A DNA stretch of 64,000 bases from Octopus sinensis (GCF_006345805.1 NC_042997.1:37696001-37760000), one strand, 5' to 3'. Shown: positions 25,279 through 39,699, numbered from the stretch's first letter. Numbers and translations: made by a program. The notes: generated by a model from the sequence alone, not told the origin.

Positions 25279-26658
25279 TTTACAAATTTATACCGTTGTA
25301 TAAATTCATATATGTACAACTGTAGAGCTATGAATATGCATAAGTGAATGTATGCATGGGTGTGTATACGTATATACTGACTTGCAATAGAACTGTGTCA
25401 GGGACAATGCCGCAGTTGTGAGGCGAAAACTATGAAAGAAGAGGCTCTCCTGGGACGTCATTGCTATATGTATATAAACGCACCGATATACATATACGTA
25501 AATGTCTATGTGACAATATGTGCACGTGTAGGTTTCGCTCATGTCAAAACGTCTATATTTATGATCTATTCCTGCATATTCGTAAGCTAGCTGTTTGACA
25601 AATAGTGTACAGCAGTAAGTAACTTACTGGAATAATATTTTAATCAATATGATTGACCAAACCATTCAAAGCTGCTACCCTGGATGAACAATAGTAAAAT
25701 AAATGGATAGAAGTAATTTCTACAGGAATATCAATAACTCTGTGTTCGTAATTATCTGGTGCGAAGGGATTACGTTCATACCGATATAATAATTGTACCC
25801 AGTTTTCATTCGAGAGCTGTTGCAGTGAATTTCCTCTTGCTTTATAATTCTTTCTCTGATTCTATGATTCGTGTTGTGTAATGAGCAAATAAATTATTTT
25901 ATTATTAACTTCAACATCACAGCGTCAAATAACAATAACAAAAGAGCATCTCCTTCATTTAGATTGGTTTATAACGCATGGTTGTTCAATTTTATCGCTT
26001 GTAATCTTTACTCGCCTGTTGTGGGAAGAACGGTTACTCGTTATTATGTGTATAATCTATTCTCCTCCTTAGTACTGAGAGCAACATTATATCATGCTGA
26101 TGTAGCTATGATGCACAGAGAATCGCTTCATATATAGTATATTCGCACATTCTTTGATGTTTTTTCTTGCAATTAATATCAACAAGACTTCTTTATAATT
26201 GAAATGGAAGTACTGAGAGAGTTTGTCATCGGTTGGAAAAATTTCACAATCTCGCAGTCAGTAGGATCTTTGGAACGTTCACTATTGTATGCAAACGAGG
26301 ATTAAGGATGCATATAAGTTTGAAATATTAGTGACATTTCTCTTCCTGTGTTCATGCTACCCGGTCGGATGTTGACGATGAGCTTGTCAGGGACTAAAGC
26401 TATCTTCATACATCATGGACGTTGAATCTAATATCGACACACACATTCAGATTCCAAAGAATACGAATAAGTAAACTTATGTCAAGGAATTGTATCGCAT
26501 CGATAGATTTGAAATCCTGCTATATGCCTATTAATTAGAATGTGCCCCCGAGGTATTTTCCTTTGCTTATGTGGTTGATATTAATTACATTTATTATATT
26601 TACTCTATTTTACATATTTTATATACATATACATAAGGTATATATCTATATCTAAATA

Positions 26659-26717
<59 letters not shown>

Positions 26718-27846
26718 ATGTATGTTATATACATATACATCTATATACATACATCCACGCGCACGCACACATGCACACGAGCACACGCATACAGACACAT
26801 ATAGAGATATAGAGATACACACATGCATACATGCATAAATACATACATACATACATACATACAGATAGATAGATAGATAGATAAATAGATATACTTTCAC
26901 ATTGATCTCAGTTATTCTTGCTGAGTAAAATATGCTACCCTGCAGGCATATGATATTACTGAAACGTCCGTTGATTTCACCTTTGGATTAAGTAGTAGAA
27001 CCTCTGTGATTACAGTATTATATATATTCTTTGTATTTTATATATTTTCAAAATTTCAATTAAATCCCATTGGAATTTTCTCACTTGCCTGGTGGTATAA
27101 GATTATTAAAAGCTGCAGGGACACAAAGTTATAATAAATTACATCAGATACGATGCATGCTTAATTAATAGATGCAGGGCATCTAGAACTATTTCACCGC
27201 CTGTTTAAACTTATGGACAACCACGAAACAGTGAAATATGTTGTGTCATACATCTATCCATAAGGTCGTGCCGCAGTAAAGAAGAAAACTTGTCGCGAGA
27301 AACATACGTATGTCAATTGCGGTGACGGTTATTCCTGATTTAACATTGCTGCTTTGTATGGCTGAGTGGTAAGTGTTGAAGTTAGAATAAAAAATACATG
27401 GCTTCAGATATCGTCTGTATAGATATGCTGAACGTGGTGAGTCAGGAATGCCGAAGGGCCATGCTGCGCTCTAGACCAACCTGTGAGAAAAGAGAAAGAC
27501 TCTAAGAATTGATGATATGCCGTCCTGTTAAGTACATGAATATGGCGCTTATGGGAATTTAGTTTTATTGCATATCAAAAAAAATGTCTGGTTAATACAT
27601 ACATTGTGGTTGGTTTCTCTTATTTCCAACAGTGATCCTGAACATGTTTATGGTCGCTCGCATTTCTCTTCTGCGAAGGCAATGAAAATAAATTTAGTTA
27701 CGTTATTTACGTCATCTGCTTACATCATTCCATGTAGAGTCTACCTTTCATCCTGCTGGTTGCAATAAAAGAATAACTGGTATCATAGTGTGGTCAATTC
27801 TATCGGTTATACGCGTCATTATATATAAATATATATATTTAAATAT

Positions 27847-27879
<33 letters not shown>

Positions 27880-27898
27880 AATAAATATATATATAAAT

Positions 27899-27975
<77 letters not shown>

Positions 27976-29211
27976 TGTGTGGTGTGTGTGTGTGTGTGTG
28001 TTATTGTGCTATATAATGTATAGACGGGGAGAGTAGCGCGTTGACTAGATAATTTACAGCGTTTAGCGTTCATCCTCAAATATTTTGCTAGAGATGACAT
28101 TGTCGCTTATCGATGAAATAATTATCATGATAATATTAGATTAATTTGATTCACTGTTACCTGTCTTTGTGCCAAAGTAATATATCATACTTATGGATTA
28201 TGTCATTCATTATTTCCTTAATTTTCCACCCTCTTCCTCTATACATTTATTCACTCATTATATGATAGGTATTTGCTTTGTTTCAGTATCGCGTCTTTCA
28301 CTACGTTGTTTATTCACATCTCTTCCTTGATCCTGTTTCACTTTCTGTAATTTTTATTGGTTTTTTTTTTTCAGATATTTCTTGTCTTTATTTGTCTCCG
28401 TATATCACATTCATTACTTTGAAAATTTCGCTTTTCTGTAATAAATAAACTGTCTCCTTTCTTCTATCTTCACTGCTCCGTTTCCTTCTGCTTTAATGTT
28501 ACTTTTACACCATGTTCTGTTTTACATTTTCAAACAAATATTGTGCTAACAGTTACAACGCAATGCGAAACTGAAAAACAATAATCCAGATCTTCTTTGA
28601 ATGTACAGTAACACAGTATCTACTATGCGCCAGACTTAAACCTCTTCAGTATTTACAAGCTAGTTCTGATTTTAAATAACTCTGATGTAAACGTTCCCTT
28701 TCATTTGATTCAAAATGATAACGTAAGTAAAATAACTGATATGCTTCAAAATAGATTAATTTTAGTAACATTGTACTTAAGTAAAACTTTTTTACTGTTT
28801 TCTTTAATTCATCTACGTTACTTTATTTTGCCAAGCAGTGTTTAGGCATAAGCAAAATGTAGGTTAGTTAAAACATGTTTGTGACATATTTCAACGGCTA
28901 AAAGACAATTACACTGTAGTTACCATGAAGTAAATATCTCGCTTATGGCGAAAGGTGTGAAATCACCCGGTTTGTTATATATTATAATATATATATATAT
29001 ATATAAGTTATAATATATTATATATATATATAATATATATATATATCTGTTGCGTTACCAACCTTGTCTCCACTCTTTTGCCTTTAAAAACCCACTTTGC
29101 TCTGTTTTCGTAAACATCCGCCTTTCACCATGTGCAACTCGTAAACACCAGTCGTCTTTTTTCTCTTTCCCTGTTGCCCGCTCTGGGATCTTTCTTTCCT
29201 CTCTTTCCTTC

Positions 29212-29250
29212 TTTATGTTTCCGACGAAGAGCCGCTCGAACGTCATGCCT
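29212..29250 (+). ncRNA. Degenerate hammerhead-like motif in the 5' pLTR
   Basis: CCGACGA-A-GAGC-C-GCTC-GAA-CGTC; shortened stem II loop and one A missing relative to the 3' copy. Confidence 0.35.
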
Positions 29251-29631
29251 CCCTGCTTCCAATTCCTGAGCGCCTATTAATAATAATACTGTAATTGTTC
29301 CATTGTTGTTGTTTTTTGTTTCCCGTTTGGATTAAAATTATACCACTGCGCGCCTACACGGACCCCTTGTACCTTGGATACCAACTCCCGGATTTCTTGC
29401 ACCTACGGATTATTGTTCCCATTCTTCCTGACCTACGGATCACCCGCAACCTTCTTCCGGAGTACCACCATTACCGTGATTGAAAATCATTACCTAATCT
29501 GTCCGTTGACTCTCAAATCTCTTTCCTGAATTTTTTCAACTTTTTTCAACTTTTTTCTATTGTTTTCAAACCGTCTTCACCCCTTTTCTTCTTTCGTTGT
29601 TTTCCTGTTGTCTCTCCTTTTTCCTGTTTTC

Positions 29632-32520
29632 GCCACCACCCACCTTTACCTGTTTGCCACCACTTCTCATCATGCCTGACTTGCACTCGTTCGTCCAACC
29701 CTTCAATCCCTCCTCAGCCGCTACCTCGCGTTCTTCCCCCCACAATGTTTCCACCTGCTATAAAACTTTCCCGCTTGCTTTTTAGAAAACCCGCCACTCG
29801 AGTCATCTTTCCTTTCTTAGCCGGTGCCTCCGCCATCATGTCACACCCCGCGGGTTCCTCTTGAAGTTCCACGCTAAACCCCCTATTCCCCCCTTTCATC
29901 GAACCCACCCTCGCTCGTACCTCCCGCTCCCTCCTCCGCGCCACCATCCGCTCCACCTCCACCGCCCCCTCCTTGACTCCCTCGACCATCAACTTCCCCA
30001 GGCCTACCTCCTTCTCTCCGCCCTCTGCCCTCCACTCTTCACCCAACCTATTCTCCGCTTCATTCTTAATCTCAACCACCAACTCTACAACCACCTCACA
30101 CACACAAAAAACAAAAACTCCACCTCCTCCTCAACCCCTCACCCCCCTTCCCCATCCTCCCCCACTGCCCCCCCTCCTTCGCACCTACCCCACCCTTCCA
30201 CGGACCCACACACCCCCCACCGTGACCTTCCTACGCCTAACCCCTCTTCACCCCACCACCCCTACCCTCCCCTTCACACCCCTGCACCCCCTCCGCCTGC
30301 CCCTAGTCCTCCCACCACCCCGCTTCCTCGCGCTGTTGTCACTATACCCCCCACCTCCCCCTCTCCGCCGCTGAGCGCTCCCTCCTCAGTAAGGGTCTCC
30401 GCTTCACGCCACTCACGCGCCACTGTGATGAGTTCGAGACTCGGGCGGACGTCAACCTGTTCCTGCGCCGCCTCAAACTTCGCGCATACTACCACGCGTC
30501 CCCGCAGCGTCACAACAATCAGGATTGCCTTTTGGAGCTGGGGCGTCGTCCATCCATCTGGACGCCGCCCCCAGGCCTTTTCAGTAGCCTAGATTCGTTT
30601 GTACATGACTGCAACGCTTTGGTCCACCGTTTCAACTTTGCACCAAGACCCCGCCGAGCCAACCTCACTCGGGCCGAATCCATTGCCCTTCGCCACCTCC
30701 GCCGTCGTGATGACATTGTCATCAAACCGGCGGACAAAGGCGGGGCAGTGGTAGTGTGGCGCGCGGACCTATACAGGGAGGAAGCGCTTAACCAGCTTCA
30801 AAATCCACTCTTCTATCGCCTCCTCCCCTCCGATCCCACCTCCTCCTACCAACAGCGAGTGTCCTCCACCATCCACGACCTCATCTCCTCCTCCGCTCTC
30901 CCCTCACCGCCACCAACCTCATCGTCCGCACACCCCGCACCTCCACCATCTACTTCCTTCCCAAGATCCATAAACCCTCTAATCCTGGCCGTCCCATAGT
31001 CTCTGCCTGTAATTGCCCCACTGAACTCATCTCCCTATACCTCGACCGCATCCTGTCCCCCTTAGTCGCAGCCCTCCCATCCCACATACACGACACCAAC
31101 CACGCCCCTCCTCTTCAATCCTTTCCTTTTCCTTCCCTTCCAGCCCCTCACACCTCCTCTTCACTTTAGATGTAAAATCCCTGTACACAGTGATTCTCCA
31201 CAATGACGGTCTCCTAGCCCTCCAACACTTCCTCGACCGTCGTCCCGACCCCACCCCCAGCACCCCACCCTTCTCCGTTTGGCTGAGCTCGTCCTCACCC
31301 TCAATTGCTTCACGTTCGCCAGGGAAACGTACCAACAGATGTCCGGGGTCGCGATGGGAACTAGGATGGGCCCCAATTTCGCCAATCTCTTTCTTGGCTA
31401 CATTGAGGCCCAAGTGTTCTCCCAGTTCTCTGGGCCGACCCCCGAACTATACGGTCGCTATATCGACGACTGCGTAGGTGCCACCTCCCTTTCCCGTGAA
31501 CTTCTCTGCCAATTCATCTCTTTCCTTTCCAACTTTCACCCCTCTCTTCAATTCACCTCCACCATCTCCACACCTCTGTCAACTTCCTTGACATCTCTCT
31601 CCGCATCGATCACCCCTCCAGCTCTCTCACCACCAGCCTTTTTTAAACCTACGGATTCCCACCTCTATCTCAACTTCTCTTCCTCCCACCCCTTCCACAC
31701 CAAACGAGCCATCCCCCTTCTCCCCAGTTCCCCTTCCGCCTCCGACGTTTGTGCAGCCGCGACCAGGATTTCGAGACCCAATCTCAATACCTGGCCCGCA
31801 TGTTCAGACTCCGAGGTTACCCACCCATACTCCTCTCTGATGCCCTCACCCGCGCCCCCGTCGCATCGACCGCACTACCGCCCTGTCTCCTTCCCCCCAA
31901 CCGCACCCCCTTCCCCCTCCTTTTCCACCCCTCTCTACCCTACCCCCCTTCGTCGCAAGATACTACGTGCCTTCCGTCGCCTCCAGCTTGATCCACCACC
32001 CGCCCCATTTTCCCTAACCTACCCCTGTCCTCTTTCAAACGAGCCCGCATCTGCGTGACCTCCTGGTCCACAGCACCCTCTCTCCTTCCCCTCAGCCCCA
32101 CACGGATCATTCCCTTGCTCTAGATCCCGTCGCAACACTTGCCCCTTCATCACCAACACCACCGCTGTCACCGGCTCCAACCTGCACACTGTACGCATTA
32201 GGCAATCTTTTACGTGCACCTCGTCTGGCCTTATTTACTGCATTAAATGCAACCTATGCGGGATGCTGTATGTAGGACAGACGGGACGCCCGTTGTCCGA
32301 CCGTTTCACACTGAACACTTGAGGGACGTTCGCCTACACTCTCTTTCTCCCCGTCGCACGCCACTTCCGCTCGGCCGGCCATTTCCTAGATGACATCTCA
32401 GTGTTTGGTCTCGCCCCCCACCATTGTCGCCCACTTTCCAGGCTCCACTTGGAGCAACGCTACATCTTCACCCTACAAACTACCACCCCACACGGACTTA
32501 ACACAGCCCCCTCCTCTTGA
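29632..32520 (+). pseudogene. PLE polyprotein (RT + Cys linker + GIY-YIG endonuclease), broken by multiple frameshifts
   Basis: IVIKPADKGGAVVVW (30721), PGRPIVS, FTLDVKSLYT, GVAMGTRMGPNFANLFLG, RYIDD (31459-70), FKPTDSHLYL..SSHP, LIYCIKCNLCGMLYVGQTGR..RF, EQRYIFTLQT..PHGLN, TGA 32518-20. The start codon at 29632 is tentative. Confidence 0.9.
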
Positions 32521-32539
32521 GATCGGTTTTTTTTTTTTT

Positions 32540-34000
32540 TTTTTGTGGACACGCCACCCCACACACCACCCACCTACCTCCCACACGCACCCACCCACCC
32601 ACCTACCTCCACACCCCCCACCCACCTACCTCCCACACGCCTGTTCACACACACACATACGTAGACCCATCTACGTACATACATTCACACATTTAATCAC
32701 ACATACACACACCTACATACATACATTACACTTGTATACACACACACTTACATTCATACACACACACACCTACACAGCCATACCCTCACTCAGACACACA
32801 CATCTACCTACACACACACACAAACGCACACGGACACACTCATACATACATACATCTACACACACACGCCTACACACATACATACACACATACATAAACA
32901 CACACACATACACATATACACACATACGCACACACACATATACTTATACACATGCACACACACACACATACATACATACACCCATATACATACAACACAC
33001 ATACCCACATACACCTATATACGCACATACATACACACAGACATACACACATACACACTCACACAAACATACACACACCATACTTACACACACACTCACA
33101 TGCACGCGCACACACATGCATGACAAACACCCATACACTCACACTCACATACGCACACACCAACATAAACACGCACACGCACACGCACACACACACCTAC
33201 ACCCCACACATACACACGCACCTACATACACACACGCACGCATACACACGCATACACACATACATTACACACGTACGTACACACACACCTACATACACAT
33301 GCATACACACAACCACACATGCACGACACACCCACGACATACACACATACACCTATATACACATGCCACACACCTACATACACACACATATACACACGCC
33401 CACACACCTACATACACACACATACATACACACACATACACGGACACACCCATACATACTTACATACATACACCTATACACACACGCCTACACACCTACA
33501 TACACACACATGCATACACACACACACACATGTACGCACATACACACACATATACGCACATACATATATACCCACACACATGCACACACACACACATACG
33601 CACATGCATGCATGCATGCATGCACACGCGCACACCTACACGCATACACACACACGCACGTACACATATATACATACACACACGCATACATACACCCATA
33701 CACATACATGCATCCTACACACACATACATACACACTCACACATACATACACACACACACACTCACTCACACACCTGTATGTACGCGCACACACATGCAC
33801 ATACACACACTTCCCCACACCCACACGTACTTACATACACACTCACACACATACACACACACACACAACACGGACATACATCTATGCACACACATACATA
33901 CACACATACTCACATACTTCATCGGACACACTGCCACCCGGACATACACACAGACACACTCACACATCCACACACATACATACTTACGCACATACTCGCA
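32540..34000 (+). repeat. ~1.45-kb degenerate (CA)n/(CATA)n tract inside the PLE 3' region
   Basis: Read directly; source of the spurious His/Thr-rich ORFs 32390..34417, 32952..34184 and 33319..34236. Confidence 0.93.
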
Positions 34001-34717
34001 GGCGCGCGCACGCACGCGCTTGCGCCGGTTCGCGCACGCATACGCTCCGCAGGCACCTCGCTCTTGGAACCGACAAGACCTCCCGCCCGTTCCTGGGACC
34101 GTCGCGTGTCGTTGGGTTTTCCCACGCCCGCCTCCGCGGGACCACTCTTCCATCTTCCCCTCAGCTGGAGTCCTTTTTCCTTAACCCCCCCCTTTTTCGT
34201 TACACACACGCGCACACATATACACACATTGCTTAAATATATACATTACTCTTACACATTTTCAATCTACTCGCCATTTATACCACCACGACACTGGACA
34301 CACACACACACTACTACTCAACACACGCTGGCACGCTACATACGCCCCCACCCCTTCCCCACCCTCCCTTCCTCCTTCCTTCTTTTTTTTACTACTGACC
34401 TTTGTCTGCTAAGCTGACCACTGTCTCGCCCTACCTCACACGCCTACACACAGACGCACACACTAACACACACATATATTTTTTTGTTTTTTCATCTCGC
34501 CTCACACACACACATACACACACGCCACACGCACCACCACACATACACTCTGTTTGCGTTACCAACCTTGTCTCCACTCTTTTGCCTTAAAAAACCCACT
34601 TTGCTCTGTTTTCGTAAACATCCGCCTTTCACCATGTGCAACTCGTAAACACCAGTCGTCTTTTTTTCTCTTTCCCTGTTGCCCGCTCTGGGATCTTTCT
34701 TTCCTCTCTCTTCCTTC

Positions 34718-34758
34718 TTTATGTTTCCGACGAAGAGCTCCGCTCGAAACGTCATACC
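34718..34758 (+). ncRNA. Hammerhead-like motif in the 3' pLTR (CCGACGA core variant)
   Basis: CCGACGA 34727-33, stem II GAGC-TCC-GCTC, GAAA 34746-49, palindromic ACGT stem III, GTC 34751-53; stem I pairing is weak. Confidence 0.5.
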
Positions 34759-34875
34759 TCCCTGCTTCCAATTCCTGAGCGCCTATTAATAATAATACTG
34801 TAATTGTTCCATTGTTGTTGTTTTTTTGTTTCCCGTTTGGATTAAAATTATATATATATATATAATATATATAAA

Positions 34876-35155
34876 TCCGTGATCAGCGTGACCGACCAGG
34901 CTATCATATGTTGTTACACATCGCTGGTCACAATGACGCCACCCCGCTGGCTAAGCGAGCAGGCCAACAGAAGAAAGAGTGAGAGAAAGTTGTGGCGAAA
35001 GAGTACAGCAGGGATCGCCACCACCCCCTGCCGGAGCCGCGTGAAGTTTTAGGTGTTTTCGCTCAATAAACACTCACAACGCCCGGTCTGGGAATCGAAA
35101 CCGCGATCCTACGACCGCGAGTCCGTTGCCCTAACCACTAGGCCATTGCGCCTCC
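34876..35155 (-). mobile_element. SINE family A (short-tail variant)
   Basis: Reverse complement of the 6515-6820 family. Confidence 0.85.
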
Positions 35156-35157
35156 AC

Positions 35158-35430
<273 letters not shown>

Positions 35431-36190
35431 ATATATATATATTGTGTGTGTGTATGTGTGTAAAGAGGTGTAGATTTGAATAAAGTAGTTCTTCGCCTCG
35501 GAAGACAAGAACTAGCGTCAAAATGGTATCAAAGAACAGGCAGAAAGATGGCTTTAGACGGTACAGTGAGATACACTACAAAAATTGGTAGATGTGGTGT
35601 CTCAAAGAGAAAGGGATATGGGATTAAGTGTAACTAGGAGGGGGAACCGAAATCCGCAACGAGTAATGTATATTATCAGGCCTGCGTGTTCAATGGAAAT
35701 ACCGAGAATAATTAATATGATTCAAACAAACTAAAATTTTTTGATAAATTAACTAAAAAATAGAAGCATTTATTGCTGAAATTTCATATATATTTGAATG
35801 TATTTTCGGAAATTTGCACAAAACCCTTTTTTCTAATATTGACATATACATAGAATTGTTCTGTGCAATTTTTATTTAAACAATATATTTTTTTGTGCAG
35901 ATATTTTTATTTCTGAATAATTCCCAACGAAATAATATGATTGCTTCTATACAATAAAAACATATTGCTGATTTCTGAGGGAAAGAAAAAATAAAACCAT
36001 TTAACAACTGAAAACTATAAAACGTATCAGATTTTGTTAATGAAGCGGATTCGTAAGTTATTGATTTCTAATGAAATGACATTACATATAATATTTCTTT
36101 GTATAAAGCAAGCGATTCACTCCGATGCCACTAATAGTTTTTTCCTTGAATGGAATATTTCAGACAATAATAGAGTATATATCTATGTAT

Positions 36191-36603
36191 ACTCTTTACT
36201 CTCTTTTACTCTTTTACTTGTTTCAGTCATTTGACTGCGGCCATGCTGGAGCACCGCCTTTAGTCAAGCAAATCGACCCCGGGACTTATTCTTTGTAAGC
36301 CCAGTACTTATTCTATCGGTATCTTTTGCCGAACCGCTAAGTGACGGGGACATAAATACACCAGCATCGGCTGTCAAACAATGCTAGGGAGACAAACAGA
36401 CACACAAACACACACACACACACACACACATACATATACATATATATATACATATATACGACAGGCTTCTTTCAGTTTCCGTCTACCAAATCCACTCACA
36501 AGGCATTGGTCGGCTCGGGGCTATAGCAGAAGACACTTGCCCAAGATGCCACGCAGTGGGACTGAACCCAGAACCATGTGGTTGGTTAGCAAGCTACTTA
36601 CCG
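36191..36603 (-). mobile_element. tRNA-derived SINE, family C, with internal microsatellite
   Basis: Reverse complement of the 51588-52038 family; tail TACTCTTTTACTTGTTTCAGTCATTTGACTGCGGCCATGCTGGAGCACCGCC. Confidence 0.85.
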
Positions 36604-37484
36604 TGTTCGCGCACTTTTTTGTACAGTTGTGGGTGTATGAGTATGCAACACACACACATACACACACCTTTTATATAAAGGTGTGCATGAATTTGGATAT
36701 ATATATATATATATATATATACAGTTAGTGTATTGGCATAAATATATATTAGATAATGATGTGCAGCCAAAAGCACAAATACACACAAGTTCAGTTTAGA
36801 GCCTTTTATACATACCAACTGATCTATGCTACATATTGTAGAAAAAAAGTCCGGATTCGAGTGCTCGAAGGAGCAAATAACATAGAGCAAAAACGCCATT
36901 CCGCAAACATCTCCCCCACCCCCATTTCTTTGCACACCGATATACAAAAAAATTGCATTCTTACTTCAAGCACAGCGACGCATTATAATATTTAAATAGG
37001 TTTTTAAATTCTCCTCATTTAGGTGTTCTGCATAAATGGCTACTCTGTAATTAGTGACGAGTCATCAAAAGTATAAAAATGCAGTTTAGGGTATATATTA
37101 CTGTTTTAGATTAATGTATTACTGTTTCATGCGCAACTAATCAGTGCTATTGATTTCACAAGGAGGTGGGTAATTCTTTTCCGAAAGTGAAACATTCCGC
37201 CAGGAGAAACCTTTCCTATTTTTACGCTTATTAACAATTCAGAAAGAATGAGTTTACATTTTCCTTTAACCAGCATAAGAAAAGAGGTTAAGTTAATAAT
37301 ATTCAAGCACACACACACACACACACACTCATACACATATATTTACATTTATATATGGATATATATGTGTGTGTGCCTGTGAGTGAGTGTGTGTGTCTGT
37401 GTGTGTGTGTTTGTCTGTGTGTGTGTGTGAGTGAGTGTGTGTGTGTATGTGTGTGTGTATGCGTATGTGTGTATTTGAAATTTA

Positions 37485-37640
37485 CAGACGAATAAAAGAC
37501 GAAGACAGGTGTATAGACAACAGATTGGCGTATTAGTTCAACGCTCGGGAAGTTGAGAAAGTCTTTTATGTCTCGAGACTACGCTCTTCAACAGAAAGGA
37601 ACACGAGAAAATAAAAAGAGAAAGAATAAAAATAGTTTGG
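37485..37640 (-). mobile_element. Diverged copy of the short element carrying the CUGUUGA hammerhead
   Basis: Homologous to 15640-15800; motif at 37562-37598 has GAGA for GAAA and a broken stem III. Confidence 0.6.
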
Positions 37641-37764
37641 AATCAATCATGGCGGTCAGTCATATATATACGTGTGTGTAAAGAGAGAGAGAGAGAGAAA
37701 CAGACAGACAGACGGAGAGATATAGAGAGACAGAGACAGAGACAGACAGACAGACAGACAGAGA

Positions 37765-38420
37765 TATCAGGTCATCAATAATGAAATGGACCGATTTTGA
37801 ACTGAAAGTTTATATGACTTAATCTCCAAAAAAAAAATAATGCAGTAAATCAAAGTATACACCAAAATTATCAACACATTTTTGCCACATTTTATCCGTA
37901 GCTTATTTATGCCGGCAGCAAAGAATTCTGGAGAGCAAATGTGATGAAATCACGAAAGGTTGTTTTCGCATCTTTTTCAGATTTGAAGTTATTTCCTTGC
38001 AAAATGTACCCTAATGCCTGCTGAATATGATGGATGACAGAGTACTTCCAAGTTCAATTCCTGTAATTTGAGTAGCATTCTTTGTGCAGTATGTGGTCGA
38101 GCATTGTCTTGCAAGAGAATTGACATGTCTCTATTGACCAATCTCTGATGTTTAACTGCACACATCATTTCATCCAATTGGTTGATGTACATATCCGCTA
38201 TTATTGATTCACCAAGTCCATTGAAGCTATAGTGAATGACACCAGCACTGGACTACCAAACGAATATCATTAACTGTTTTTAGCGAATAATATGTTTTGG
38301 ATTGTGCTTTGATACTTCGTCTCTATCCAACCACCATGCAGAACGATTACCATTATCGAAAAGAATCCATTTTACCAAACGTAACAATACGATGCAAAAA
38401 TAGTTCGTTTAATCAGGGTA
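37765..38420 (-). mobile_element. mariner transposase remnant
   Basis: YINQLDEM..KHQRLVNR..ILLQDNARPHTAQ..LKLQELNLEVLCHPSYS (the HDNARPH and HPPYSPDL motifs of mariner). Confidence 0.85.
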
Positions 38421-38610
38421 CACGAGTATAGCTCGGGGTATGAAGGTGCGTGCTGGTGCTGATTTCAAAGCGCAGGGGCGGATTTGGAATCAAGGATCAC
38501 AGAGTGGGGGGAGTGCCTATTATATTTTGGGGAATAGGATGCCGTGTTTATTAGATGGAGGGTTACTCCATATATAGGGATGTATGCGATCGGATTCTTA
38601 TATGTATTTA

Positions 38611-38691
<81 letters not shown>

Positions 38692-39549
38692 AAATGTATT
38701 GAGAGGGTGCCACAATATATTTACTTATTCATACTACAGTAGACCCAGTAAATGATCCCAGCCTGAATTCACAAAGATATTTACCTAGCCGGCTTCAATA
38801 ATAGCAAATTTTCACCCTATTCTTCCCTCTCTCTTTTCATTTATTCCTACCCTTATTCTCTTTTTTAACAAGTTTAGACATTTACCCACTCCCATATATA
38901 TTTTCTTCACAAATATGTTTTGTTGTCTGACTGTGCTTTCCACACATTTTTGATCAAATCTCTGGCGAGTTAACATTGGATCCCTTGACGGCAGTATAAC
39001 ATTTATTTGACTAAATATGTTTTTGACCTGACAGGTAGCTAGTGTTTTACTCCTCGTTCAAGTAATTACTTGCTTCTGAGGTTCTGCTAGCTATGAAATA
39101 TATGTAGCCAGGATTTTTCCTTCTCCATTCCTTAAATTTGGATTATATATATATATGTGTGTGTGTGTGTGTGCGTGCGTGTGTGTGTGTGTGAGTGTGT
39201 GTGCGTTCGTGCGTGTGTATGTATGTGCGTGTGTGTGTATGTGTGTGTGTGCGCGCGTGCGTGTGTGCGTATACATACGATATTGTCTTAAAACCTTATT
39301 TTAAATATGGCTCATGAAAACGATAGATTGACGGGAAATGATCTGCAAAAAATCTTTCAAGTGGGAAAACGGTAGGACGCCTCCGTAAAATAATTCCAAT
39401 AGTGAACGCATTTATATTCTTCTTAAGATTTTCTTTATATCATATCACATCGATTAATGGATGCATCGACGTAACCATAATTTAGGAATTCAGAATTCTC
39501 ACCTCTCTATTTTGTCTTTTTGTATTACTACTATACGTATCTATATATA

Positions 39550-39580
<31 letters not shown>

Positions 39581-39606
39581 CACACACACACACATATATA
39601 TATACA

Positions 39607-39637
<31 letters not shown>

Positions 39638-39648
39638 CACACACACAC

Positions 39649-39699
<51 letters not shown>

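Larger units (their letters stand above)
29047..34850 (+). mobile_element. Near full-length Penelope-like element with ~290-bp direct terminal repeats (pLTRs), inserted in (TA)n
   Basis: 29047-29335 is repeated at 34550-34850; internal ORF carries PLE RT and GIY-YIG motifs; both flanks are TA-rich microsatellite. Confidence 0.92.

Noticed and set aside
32390-34417. 675-aa and overlapping 410/305-aa His/Thr-rich ORFs
   Set aside because: Translations of a CA/CATA tract that cannot form stop codons on this strand; no domain content
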